This document shows positions 42,370-55,100 of a DNA stretch of 64,000 nt, piece after piece. Location: positions 1 to 64,000 of the forward strand of contig NIVC01002879.1 in the NCBI GenBank assembly GCA_002269645.1. Direction: 5' to 3'. Position 1 is the first letter of the stretch; every line of letters begins with the position of its first letter. The translations under genes were made by a program, and so were the position numbers. The notes below the pieces were generated by a model, which had not been told where the DNA came from, made no database searches, and saw only the letters and a list, made by a program, of their open reading frames with translations. The stretch is from Macrostomum lignano (Eukaryota).

Positions 42370-43148
42370 ACTTATAATTTATAATATTAAGCATATTAAA
42401 TTTTAGATTTTGTATTGAATCATTTTTGGCAATCTCACCAAATCCAGACTAAAGCTGCTTATTATTTTGCATTTTTTATAAAATACCTTATTTTTGTTTC
42501 CTCTGATCCATGGCATAAGCCTAGTAGTAGATAGCATGTCACAGAAGACAAAGACTAGGGGCCTAAGAGCACCGGTTTATAAATCTTAAAAAGGAAATAC
42601 AGATTATAATATACATGACCGCTTAAGTCTTGCAACAATCAATCGGCAATCAGGGTTCGTCTTCCTGCTATATTGCAACCTTACAAAGAATCCCCCAAAT
42701 TTATTGCCTATAATTTGAACATGAATATTCGACTTGTACATAAAACATCCCTTTTAAATGTTATCGTCAACAAGTAAAACAAAAATGTTATTGTGCATAA
42801 CACATTTACCAAAAAACTCCAAACTTATTATATTGTTGCGTTGAATGTTTCATGATTATTTTTAAACGCTGCTTAAAGAATTATTAGGAATTTACTATAG
42901 GGGCACTCTTTTACAATTTTCGAGTAGGTTCTCATTTCAAATCCGTGCACTCAGGAGCAGGGCTGCTGGAATCAACTGATCAGTGTGCTGCAAATTTATT
43001 TAGCATCGATTGCTGTAAAGTTAAAAACGGTGGACATCAATAACATTACACTTTCAATTTTTTTGGGATCAAATTATTACTTTACCTTAAAAATTTGTTG
43101 ATTATACTTATAGACCATTAGACCAAGGCTAAGCTAGTTCAATTTAGG

Positions 43149-46100
43149 ATGTCTCAAATTTTTACAGTTTTTCTTCCTAACAAGCATAGATATCGTTTGG
43201 AAGTATCAAAATCGAACCCACTTTATCAAGTAAGTATCAAGTAAATGAAGTAATAAGTAAGTATTGTATAAATTAAAAATATTATGATTAGCTCAACTGG
43301 GACTACCAGTACCAGGTCTAGGAGTTCAAATAAACTTAAAAATTTACTTAACTTAAAAAATTACAACAGCATTTATAAGAATACTAATTTTATGATGTGA
43401 CAATTAGCAAAAAGCCATTTATTTCTGCCCTTTTCCTTTTCAGGGTCTGGAAAAAGTGTGCATCGAGAAAGGATATATGCCAGTTTATGAGTATATTTTC
43501 AGGTATACTACTTTTATTTTGTAATGTATATTTTTTTAGTTTTACTTTTAGTTTTAGGCCTATTCAAATTCAAGTAATTTTTTAATAGTTAAGTTTGAAA
43601 ACTTGTTGGAGTTTATACTAATAAGATGTTATTTTGTCCTGATTAAAATCTATTAAATAGACATTTGTGAAGGTTAGACCTAAAACTGTTTTTGGGCTAA
43701 AATTTATTCATTAAATAATATGACTAGGCCTATGATATAGTCAGGATCATGGCACACCTGTGTCAGAATGAATCCTATAAAAAAGTTTGATTGCACTGTT
43801 TGCTAGAACAAATCCTATCAAAAAAAGTTTGCTTGCCCTATGTGCCAGAACAAAAAATGCAAAAATATGTAATTTTCTATTTAAAAAGTACTAGTAAAAC
43901 TTATATTTAACTGTCATAGAAATGTAATATTAACATAAATTAATTAAAAATCTATCAATATACTAGCAAATAAAAAGTTGTACTAAAAAGAAATAACATG
44001 CAACTTTTCTGTTAGAGAAAATATTGTCTTGTCAGAAGTTTTTGTCTTGCACCAAATTGTACCATTTTTTGTCTTATGATGTACTGTGCTAGATTTTTCT
44101 CCTTTGCATGCTGTTGTGCCAGAATGCACTAGTGCGGAACATATCCAACCTCTTTTTGCACTAGAATTTTCTATGAATAAGACTATCTTCCTAACTATGG
44201 GGCCTAGGCTATATTATAGTGCCATAACAATCCTAGCACTTGACTTAACTTGACTTAGCTGCAGGGGGCGTCCGGCGGATGCAGCGAGGAGGCGGAGGAG
44301 ACCGCCCATTCCGCTAGCCCCTGGCGACCAACGACTTCCGTTGAAGTGGTGTCGCTCAGGGGGACCCGTCGGTCTCGCCTGCAGCGCGGTCCTCCTCACC
44401 GACGGTGGGGAAGAAATCAGCTCGTCCGGTGTCCCTGAGGTACCGGGCGAGCAGTGGGATGCTCTCGGCCTGCAAACGTCGGAGAGAACCGGGTTTGGCC
44501 CGAGGTGAGTAAGCCTGGCCCTGGTGAAAACCGGGCAGTGGCAGATAAAATGCTCGGCGTTTTCACTGCCTGAGCGGCAGAAGGGGCACCGCTCCTCGGG
44601 TACTTGGCCCTGAAGGAAGCGGTGGCGAGAGAAGCAGCCATGCCCGGAGAGGGCCATGCTAACTGCTCTGAGGTCTCTGCGGTTGAGCCTGAGGAGGGCT
44701 CTACGCAGGAGAGGAGAGGGACAGGGGACGGCAGCACGGGATTGCCTACAATTCCGGGTGTCGTGCCACCTGCGGAGATGCTCGGAGTCAGCCCAGCGCT
44801 TAACGCGGGAATTGATCACCGAGGCGGGGATGGGGGCACCCGGGCCCGGCCCCAATAGCGCGCCGGCGGAGCCAGCCTTGGCCAGCAGGTCAGCGCGCTC
44901 GTTGCCGAGGAAGCCGGCGTGGCCCGGGATCCATCTGAGCTCCACCTGGTTGCCTAGCGCAAGCCCGTTGAGCTGGGTGTTGCAGTCCAGGACGGACCTG
45001 GAGCTGGCGGTGCTGCGGCAGAGGGCCCGAAGGGCTGCTTGGCTGTCAGAGTGAAAAATAAATTTCCGGCCGCTAAGCTGCCTTCGGCGCAGCTCTGCCG
45101 CGCAGGAGCTGATGGCAAGCACCTCGCTCTGAAAAACACTGGAGTTGAGCCCAGTGTGCTGGGAGTAGCTCCACACCACTTCTCCCTTGAAGAAGACGCA
45201 AGCTCCGAAGCCTGAAAGACCATGCCTCATAGAGCCGTCAGTGTAACAGTGGACTTCAGAGTCGCTCCAGCTGTCACTCGCCTCGTGTCGAGGCTGAATG
45301 GTGACCTTATACCTTTGGCTCAGGAGAAGGGTGGCTGGGATCGAGTCCGTGAGGATGTTGAGCCCGCCACACTCCTCGAGAGCCTTGAGGCAGAGGTCAG
45401 AGTGCGGGATAAGCGACCGCTTCTTAAAGGCCCGCACTTTCTTGAAGGCCACCCCAGCATCCAGAAGACGCCGGGTGCTCTTCGCCGCCTCTCCTTTGAT
45501 ATAAATATCCAAAGGAGGGGCGCAGAGGAAGGCATTCATGCCTTCAAAAGGAGTAGAGGGTGGAGCGCCCATAGTCATGCGGCAGGCTCTGCCCTGGATT
45601 TTGTAGAGAGCGTCGAGGTTGCTCTTGACGCTCAGGCCGCTAGCCCACACGAGGCTGGCGTAACTGATCGAGGGGCGGATGATGGCAGTGTAAATCCACC
45701 ACAGCTTCCTGGGGGTGAGCCCCCAGGTGGTGCCCACGGCGCGCCTGATCTGAGCCAGTACAGCCAGGGCTTTTTTGGCTTTAGTTTGAATGTGCGGAGT
45801 CCAGTTAAGCCTGTGGTCCAGAGTGAGGCCCAGGCAGCGGACCTGCTTCTCCATGGAAATATTCTTTCCATAGAGGGTGAGGGGCTTAATGGTCCAGAGC
45901 AGTTTGTTGGTAAACATGACTGCTGTGGTTTTCGACTCTGAGAGTCTAAGGCCACATTGGTCTGCCCAACGCTCCGCTCGTCCCAGAAAGCCCTGCAGAA
46001 GGTCTCTGATGGTATCAACCGAGGGGCCCGCGCATATCGCGGTCACATCATCGGCATAGCCCACCTTGAGAATGGGGTCGTGGAGATCACTGCAAAGCAA

Positions 46101-49100
46101 CTCATCCATGACCATGTTCCAGAGAACGGGGGTGAGAACGCCGCCCTGGGGGCCCCCTTTCAGGACAGGCACCGAAAGAGAGCTGCCGCTCAGGTGGGCC
46201 ACAACAGTGCGGTTTCGGATCATGAACATGATCCACCGGACAAGGTGAGGGTGCGTGGCCCTGGATTCCAGGGCTCTGCAAAAGGCCTCGAAGATGACGT
46301 TGTCGAAGGCCCCCTCAATGTCCAGGAAAAGCGAGAGGGCAAAGCCGCTGCCAAGAACGGCCCTCTCCAGGAAGTCAACAATGACATGGAGAGCACTCTC
46401 GGTTGACCTGCCCGCGCGGAAGGCGTGCTGGTTCTGCGAGAGTGGGAAGCGCTTCAGCTCGACCGAAAGTAGGCGCCAAAGCACCAGTCTCTCGAGGAGC
46501 TTGAGGCAGAAAGAAGTGAGGCTGATAGGCCTGAAGGCCTTCACCGATTGGTAGTCGCTCTTTCCAGGCTTGGGGATAAAGACCACCCGGGCCTCTCTCC
46601 ATGCAACTGGTACATAGCCCAGCTCCATACAAGCTCGAAGGAGACGACAGAGCAGGTCCAGGAAGCGGTGGTTTTTCACCGCCTCGTGCAAGAACGCTGG
46701 GTAGATGCCGTCGGGCCCAGGCGCCTTGAACGGGTTAAAGGACCTTGCCGCTCTAATAATGCGGTCTTTGGTGATCATAGACTTTGCTAGGCCTTGCCCT
46801 CCCACTGTGTGGTCGGGCGGGCCCTGCTGAGTCGGAGATTTAGGGAAAAAACTGTTGAGCATGAGCTCTAGAGTCTCTTCCGAACTCTCTGTGACCGAGC
46901 CGTCAGGTCTCTTCACAACAGAGAGTTTAGAAAAACGGTCATTAGTGAGTGCCTTAACCACGCGGGCTACGGGGCGAGAGCCCTCAAGCCCTTCGCAATA
47001 TTGGCGCCACTTGGCCGTCTTGGCCCTTCTGACTTGGCCCTTAAACTCGTGGATCGCACGGGTATAGGCCTCTCTGTCAGATGGGTCTTTGGTTTTGAGC
47101 GCTCGCCTTTGGAGGGTCCTGGCTCGGCGCCGAAGGGCCCCGAGCTCTGGGTTCCACCAGGGAGCAGATTTCTTGCCTTTATAGGCCTTTAGGGGCAGGC
47201 TGCTTCAAAGGCAGTGGTGATCGCCCCGCCCAGGGAGGAGGCGAGATCGTCCACCACCTGGCAGTCAGAGAGGTCACTGGGGGGTCAAGATCCCGAAGGC
47301 CGCGGCTCAGCTTCGAGCCAAAGGCGGCCCAATCGGTGTTTCTGACGTTCCGACTCCAAGTGACCTTAGGCTTTTGCTTGGTCGGCCCAATGCAAAAGCG
47401 GATAAAGCGGTGGTCCGAGAGCGAGTCCTCGTCCCACACTCGCCAGCCCGTAACTGCGGAAAGCAGTCCGGGTGAGGCGATGGTGGTGTCGATGACTTCG
47501 GCCCACCGCCCATTATTGAACGTTGGTGCATTGCCCACGTTACAGAAGTTGAGGTTAGTGCTGCTGACATAGGCCAGCAGCTCCTCGCCTCTGCTATTGA
47601 TGTTCTTGCTGCCCCAATGCAGGTGGTGTGCGTTCACATCCCCTGCAATGAGCAGCTCGAACCGATGGGACGCAGCATAGTCAGTAAGGTTGACTAACGC
47701 GTCGCAGACAACTGGGGCATCGCCCGGGAAATAGGCAGAAGCTACCAGCACAGGTTTATTGGGAATGAGGTTATTGATTTGAACAACACAGATGTCCCCA
47801 GTCGAGAGATCAGGTCTCATCCATGCCTCAAAAGCTTTTGCAGCAAAGACCAGAGATCTTGGGCGAGGCTGAGAGCCCGCCATGCAAAAACAGTGGTAGC
47901 CAGATGGCACATTATTTGGCTTACCTTTAGTCATCCAGGGCTCCTGTACGAAGACCAGGCCCGGAAGCTGTTGCTCTGCCGTGCGCATCAGGTTGACCGA
48001 CGCCGCCACGCAGTGCTGGGTGTTGATCTGCAGACACCAGGTAGTCGTTGGCATCATTGCAGATCGGATGTTGCAGCCGCCAGGAGTTCCTCCTCCTCCT
48101 CGGCGCTCACCGGCTTCGGGTCGGGGTCGCCGGTGTCCATGGGCTCTTCTTCAGCAAAAGGCCCCCGATTGGCCGGAAGGCAGTAGGCAGCGTTCGCCGC
48201 CCTTTGCCCACCATCCATGGGGTCCTCCGCCTCAGATTGGCCCAATGCCCTGGAGCAGCCAGCCGCCTGGGCAGGCGGGTCCGTCTCCAGTCGGCCCTGC
48301 CCCGAGGGGTTGGGCCCAGCTGGGACGTCCCCACCCTCCCTGGACGAACTGGTGCGCCTAGGCGTCCCGGCGACCTCTCGCCTCAGCTGGGAGATTTTGG
48401 CGGTACGGACTGCCTCAGCTGCACGCTGGTACAGGCCGCGCCGCTTGGTGCTACGCGCCGGGCGTCGGTCGCCTCCGCCCTCAGCAGCGCGCTCAGCTTT
48501 GCCCGCGCGGCCGTGCTGCCGGGCAGGGCGGTTTGCTTTGGCAGTCTGAGCAGAGGCTTGCGCCTCGGCCCCGGCCGCCTCCGCATCCCGCCCGCCCTGC
48601 TCACTGCCACGGGGAGGGTCGGCCTCGTAGGAGCGGATGCGCAGCTTCCAAAGGCCGACGTTGATGAAGCTGCCGTGTGGATAACGCCTCATCCAGGCGT
48701 CCGACAGCCCCAGGATGGCTGTGAAGCCAGTGCCGTCGGTGCGCTTAAGGGTGTCATGCACCACTAGGCCCGCGGCGGGAAGCTCCCGGTTGACTGCTAG
48801 CAGTCCTTTCCGGAGCTCGTCAGCAGAGGTAACAACGCTCCTGGCCGGGACCCAGATTCGATGCCTCTTGGTCCGGGGGCGCTCGTCCTCTCTGCAGAAG
48901 GCTAGGTTGAGGTCCCAGCTCTGCTCGGGCAGCAGCTCAAGGAGCCGCCGACCCGAGTCAGCATCACTGGGCCAAATGAGAAGGCACGAGTCCCTCGTCG
49001 CATTCGAATGAATGTTCAGAGGCGTGCCCTTCAGAGTTTGCTTCCACAGGAGGCCATCAACGGCACTTCTCACCTGCTTCAGCTGATCGGGAGACAGGCG

Positions 49101-52100
49101 CGCGTCCTTTCCCAGGATGACAACCGCCGGTTGCCTCTTTGCCGCATCAGCGTAGGAGGCCCGGGGGTCAGTGGAGCTTTCTTCAGGTGGGCTGTCCACC
49201 CTCCCGGCTGCATCGGCCTCCCTATCCTGGGCAGGGGCTTCCGTGGGCTCGAGGCCCTCTTCCGCCACCGCCCCAGACTGGGAAGCTTCCGCTGCCGCGG
49301 GCCGTTGGCCCCTGGCACCGGTTTGGCTTCCGCCCTCCTTGGCCCGCCTCGCCTTGTTAAGTCGACGGCGGGCAGCTCCAGAGGTGGTGCTGCGTTTCTT
49401 AGCAGCTGGAGTAGCAGGTGTCTTCTCGGAGGCACCGCTCAGAGTTGGCTCCACGGGTCTCGCCGAGGCGTCCCCGATGGTAGCAGGTGGTATGGCCGAG
49501 GAGTCCACGGCCCCAGCCGAGGCCGGAGGCACTGTGTCATCCACAGCCGGTTTGTTACTTCGGTTAGAAGCCATTGGCTGGAAGTAAAAAGGTGGGACTT
49601 CCTGCAGAACACAGGCAAAGAGCCGCAAGGCCGCAACCCCAAACCAAGCGGCAGGCCCCCAAAAAGCAAAATACCACCCTGCGGGGGACCCAAAAGCGCA
49701 AGGGGAACCGTTAGCGACCAGACTACTCCCTGGCCAAGCGTCCATCAGCACGGAGTTACACTGGGACATTAGAGGGTGCGTTTATGGTCACACCAGGACC
49801 CGGCGCCAACGAATCAGCTCGGCAGGGCCCAAGGGGGCCTGCCTTAACACCCACGGGACGAGTACCCTTCGAAGTGCGCCTTGCAAGGTGAAAATCAGGA
49901 GACAGAGTCTCTTGAGCTATCAGCCCGCCAGGGGAGGCAGGTGTGAGCATCGCTGGCTGGGATAAATGCCATACCAGTCTCATACTGCACAGATAGTTCA
50001 CCACGCCATTACGTGCAGGACCCGGGGTCCTGGGGGCAACAGCCCCGGCAATCCTAGCACTTCTTAGCACTAAGATACTAAAAGTTGTTATAGGGCTATC
50101 TTCAATCCTATAGCTGACACCAAAAGTTATAACAAAGCTGACCTTATTTTGGATACTAATGTCATCAAGTTTTATAATGTTTTTCTGATTATACTATCTT
50201 AACAAATAAACAAATGTCAGCAAAAGTTGTGATATAGATGATTACTTAAATCTCAACTGCTGTCACTTAAATTTGTCATAGAAATTTACTTTCCTCCACT
50301 TATTTTCTTGATAATACATTGATATGCTTTTAATTCTAATAGTATAATATGTAAAATTGGTAGTATATTTATTGGCCTGAGTAGTCTTAATGGCACTATA
50401 TGTAGGCCTATCCCATCATTTGATTTGTGTATTAGTGTATGCCAGGTCTAATGCCAGAAAATTGATGAGACCTTGTTTGTATGTTGGAACTAAAAAAGTG
50501 TTTCATAGATACAATGTTTCCTCTGTGTTATGTATGCTAGGATATATGCTGATGTATGCTAAAAGTGGCAACTACCCTTGTTGTATGCTGGGAAATCACA
50601 ATGTACATGTCACCTTCCAAACTATAGTATCTATCCATGTACCCCTTATTTCAATTTATATATTCATTCCAAAGGAGGATCTCTCTTAGTCTGAGCATTA
50701 CTAGTATTAGAGGGTCACAGCTTACATTGTGGTAGATATTCTGCATTGAGGCAAGTGGCAAGTTCTTAGATTCTGAATCTAGATATTCTCATTCTAAAAT
50801 AGCTAATACTTCCAAAATATATTGCTTACAATGTCATGGTGTCTATTGTGTAAGTATAGCTTAACTTTAATTTTTTTAATTGATAATTAATATTGATATT
50901 ATAAATTTTCTTCATTGCTTCTTTAAAGTAATATATTAATAAGATATAAGATACACTTTGATTTCTAACTTTACCTATTAAATTTTATTATTTTAACTTT
51001 TTTCTTATCATTTTAGACATAACAAAGCTTACCCAGATCTAAGTACTCCAGTTGGGCTATTGAATTTATCCAGCTTGGTTGAACTGGAATTAGTCCCAGC
51101 ATCTGAGGCTCCAACCAAAAAAGCTGTTACTGATGTCAAATCCTCTACTGGGATTGCAAGCAATGATGCAGTGAGCATAGCTCTCCAATTTGGTGCCCAA
51201 CGCCATATTGAGACTCTATCCTGTGACACTAGCCTATGGGATATGATTGAATTGTTTTCTACAAAGTATCCAAGGTAAGTTAACAAGAATTGAGAAAATA
51301 TAACTAGCAACTGAAAATCATTATTGGGTTGATAGTCACTTGTCACTCCAAGACTCATTGCCAGCGTCATCTTAAAGCCTTGGTAACCTTAGCAATATAT
51401 CTTGCTCCCCTCTTCCATTCAGTCCCTTGGCATTAAAAATCTACTTATGGGTTTTTGGCAGTCTTAGGATTTTGAGCCTTTACCCCAACCCTTGGCAACT
51501 CGAGAAATTCCCTTTACCCCAACCCTTGGCAACTTGAGAAATTCCCTTTACCCCAGCCGTTAGAAACTTGGGAAATTCCCTTTACCTCAATCTTTGGCAA
51601 CTTGAGAAATTCCCTTTACCCCAGCCGTTAGAAACTTGGGAAATTCCCTTTATTCCAATCCTTAGCAACTTGAGAAATTCCCTTTACCCCAACCCTTGGC
51701 AACTTGAGAAATTCCCTTTACCTCAATCTTTGGCAACTTGAGAAATTCGCTTTACCCCAGCCCTTGTCACAACCTGGCGAATTGCCTTCGCACCGTCTTT
51801 CACAGCTGGATTCCACCGGAGTCGCCAGCCGACCAGCATCCAGTTCTGGTTTACACGCGTCACGAAGTGCCAGGCGCCGTGGCGCTGCGCCATACCAGCC
51901 TGCGTCAGATCGGCCTGGCGCCCGGCGGCGCCCCGGCACTGCTGCGCCTTCTCTACAGGCCTGTGCCGCCCGAGAAACTGGCAGCCGCTGCTGAGCTGGC
52001 CGAATCCAGGAATCGAGCTCGGGTCCAACCGCCAGAAACTGCGACATCTTCGTCCGCTGCTCAAGCGCCGCCGCCACCGCCAAGTCGTGCACCCACTGAG

Positions 52101-55100
52101 CCGGTTACTGAGCCTACTGCTACTAGCACCCAGGCTAGCTATCCTACTACTGAAAGTAGCAGTAGTAGCAGAGGCGCAATCGCCGCAGAATCCAATGCCG
52201 TTAATTTGTTTAGTCCTTTTCGCGAGGTTCCTAAGTGGCCTGAAACTGACGAGTCAACGCGGAATAGACGTCCGGCTGCCAATCAGGCCAGAGAGGTTTG
52301 TTAGCTTATCAAATTTATTAAGACTGTTTTTCAGCTTAGCTCACAGAGTGGACACCATTCTAATCTGCAGATAGATCTGTAGCTGATCTGCAGATAGATC
52401 TGTAGCTGATCTGCAGATAGATCTGTAGCTGATCTGCAGATAGATCTGTAGCTGATCTGCAGATAGATCTGTAGCTGATCTGCAGATAGATCTGTAGCTG
52501 ATCTGCAGATAGATCTGTAGCTGATCTGCAGATAGATCTGTAGCTGATCTGCAGATAGATCTGTAGCTGATCTGCAGATAGATCTGTAGCTGATCTGCAG
52601 ATAGATCTGTAGCTGGTCTGCAGATAGATCTGTAGCTGATCTGCAGATAGATCTGTAGCTGATCTGCAGATAGATCTGTAGCTGATCTGTAGCTGATCTG
52701 CAGATAGATCTGTAGCTGATCTGCAGATAGATCTGTAGCTGATCTACAGATAGATCTATAGCTGATCTGCAGATAGATCAAACTATAGCTTATTTAGATA
52801 GATAAGAAAATTAGATTTTTTAAAGTAGACAATAGCTGATGCAGATTAACCGGAAGTAGACAATAGCTGATGCAGATTAACCGGAAGTAGACAATAGCTG
52901 GTGCAGATTAACCGGAAGTAGACAATAGCTGGTGCAGATTAACCGGAAGTAGACAATAGCTGGTGCAGATTAACCCGGAAGTAGACAATAGCTGGTGCAG
53001 ATTAACCCGGAAGTAGACAATAGCTGGTGCGTATACACATTCAGCTAAGTTTGTTTCTCAACCCCCCCCCCCAGCCGAGAACCCTGGCCGAAGCGCTGAA
53101 CATGCCCGATTTCGAATCTATGGCGGTGCCGCAAGCGGCCGCCGCAGCCGCATACTCGGCGGAGAATGCCGTCATTGTCTATGGACCAAACCGACCATTC
53201 AAATTTCCCGAAGAAACGGCCGGCCAAGATCTCTATAGGAACGAATTGGCCGAAGTTCGTCCAGCCGAGTTTGTTGCCTGCGATAGGCGACTGTGCGGCT
53301 ATGTGGCCGGGGCGCCTGCCAAGGCTGTGGCTGCAGAGTCGGCAGCAGCCAATCAGGCTTCGAGTGGCGGCGAACAAGCGATGGAACTCGGTTGGTGTTG
53401 CAGATTGCTTTATGCTATAGTATTTTGACTTTCAGAAGTCTTGGGCGCCCCTTGTACATCAATCTTGGCACCGCCTGACACACCGATCTGGCAATCTTGG
53501 CACCGTCTGACACACTGATCTTGGCACTGTCTGACACACTGATCTTAGCACTGTCTGACACACTGATCTTGACACTGTCTGACACACCGATCTTAGCACC
53601 GTCTGACACACCGATCTTAGCACTGTCTGACACACCGATCTTGGCACCGTCTGACACACTTATCTTGGCACTGTCTGACACACTGATCTTGGCACTGTCT
53701 GACACACTGATCTTGGCACTGTCTGACACACCGATCTTGGCACTGTCTGACACACTGATCTTGGTACCGTCTGACACACCGACTAAACTAAATACTAGCA
53801 CTTATCCCTTTGAATATAAATTATACACGTCAATTTCAGAGGAACCAGACGAAAGTTTTTTCAACGTAACAGAATCTGATTTACGCAAATTGGCTGCCGA
53901 CTTGAAACGAAAAGTGTAGGTTTGCACTGATATAGTTAAACATTTTTGTGTTTTTAATTTTGTGCTAAATAATTAACTTGAAATAAATGAATTTGCAGTG
54001 AGGAAGAAACCAACGGTCAGTTGCTCACCAGACAGCAGCGAGAGCGCCAACGAGAGGATCTGTACTCCTGCTATGAGTACACCGTTATTCGCCTGTTCTT
54101 CCCAGATCGGCGAGTTGTTCAAGCCGCATTTCGACCACGAGAGACTGTCTACACTTTGTATAAATTTGTGCGGGAACAGTTGCTAAGCGACAGTGCTCAG
54201 GCTGCTGGGGTGTTCTACCTGTGTGAGTGCGGGGACTGATACTGTAGCTGGGGTTTGGCAACCCTCCCAGATCCTCAGTTGCTGAATCAGCCTCCCAGAT
54301 CCTCAGTTGCTGAATCAGCCTCCCAGATCCTCAGTTGCTGAATCAGCCTCCCAGATCCTCAGTTGCTGAATCAGCCTCCCAGATCCTCAGTTGCTGAATC
54401 AGCCTCCCAGATCCTCAGTTGCTGAATCAGCCTCCCAGATCCTCAGTTGCTGAATCAGCCTCCCAGATCCTCAGTTGCTGAATCAGCCTCCCAGATCCTC
54501 AGTTGCTGAGCCAGCCTCCCAGATCCTCAGTTGCTTGGCCAACCTCCCAGATCCTCAGTTGCTAGGCCAGCCTCCCAGATCCTCAGTTGCTGAGCCAGCC
54601 TCCCAGATCCTCAGTTGCTTGGCCAGCCTCCCAGATCCTCAGTTGCTGAAACAGCCTCCCAGATCCTCAGTTGCTGAATCAGCCTCCCAGATCCTCAGTT
54701 GCTGAAACAGCCTCCCAGATCCTCAGTTGCTGAATCAGCCTCCCAGATCCTCAGTTGCTGAATCAGCCTCCCAGATCCTCAGTTGCTGAATCAGCCTCCC
54801 AGATCCTCAGTTGCTTGGCCTCAGTTGCTGACCTAAGTAAAAAAATTAATTTTCAGATACAACTCCACCAAAGAAGGAAATTACAGATATGGCTCAATTT
54901 CTGATTCATGTAAGAATTATTTCACCTGTAAGCCTGTTCATATTTCGAAAAAATATTTGCATAAGTCTATAAAAATGTTTACAGGCCGACTTAGTTCCCA
55001 TGCCAATTGTGCACGTCGGATTTCGTAACTCGCTACCCGAAGGTAAGGACACTAAAGATTTGTATATAAAATTCTCCTCATTAGTCGCTAACAAAGCATA

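Larger units (their letters stand above)
44242..50048 (-). mobile_element. Full-length non-LTR retrotransposon (LOA/R1 group, with RNase H), antisense in ASPSCR1 intron 2
   Basis: 14-bp TSD CAATCCTAGCACTT at 44228-44241 and 50049-50062. 3' tail of TAAGTCAAGT repeats. ORF1, then APE-RT-RNase H-CCHC ORF2. Confidence 0.95.

Noticed and set aside
44417-49772. Numerous overlapping alternative-frame and antisense ORFs in the LINE
   Set aside because: By-products of high GC content; ORF1 and ORF2 explain the region.
49880-49935. Alternative HDV core using GCC-TCCCCT-GGC as P3/L3
   Set aside because: The loop is 6 nt, lacks the conserved G, and has no G-initiated P1 partner; the downstream fold fits better.
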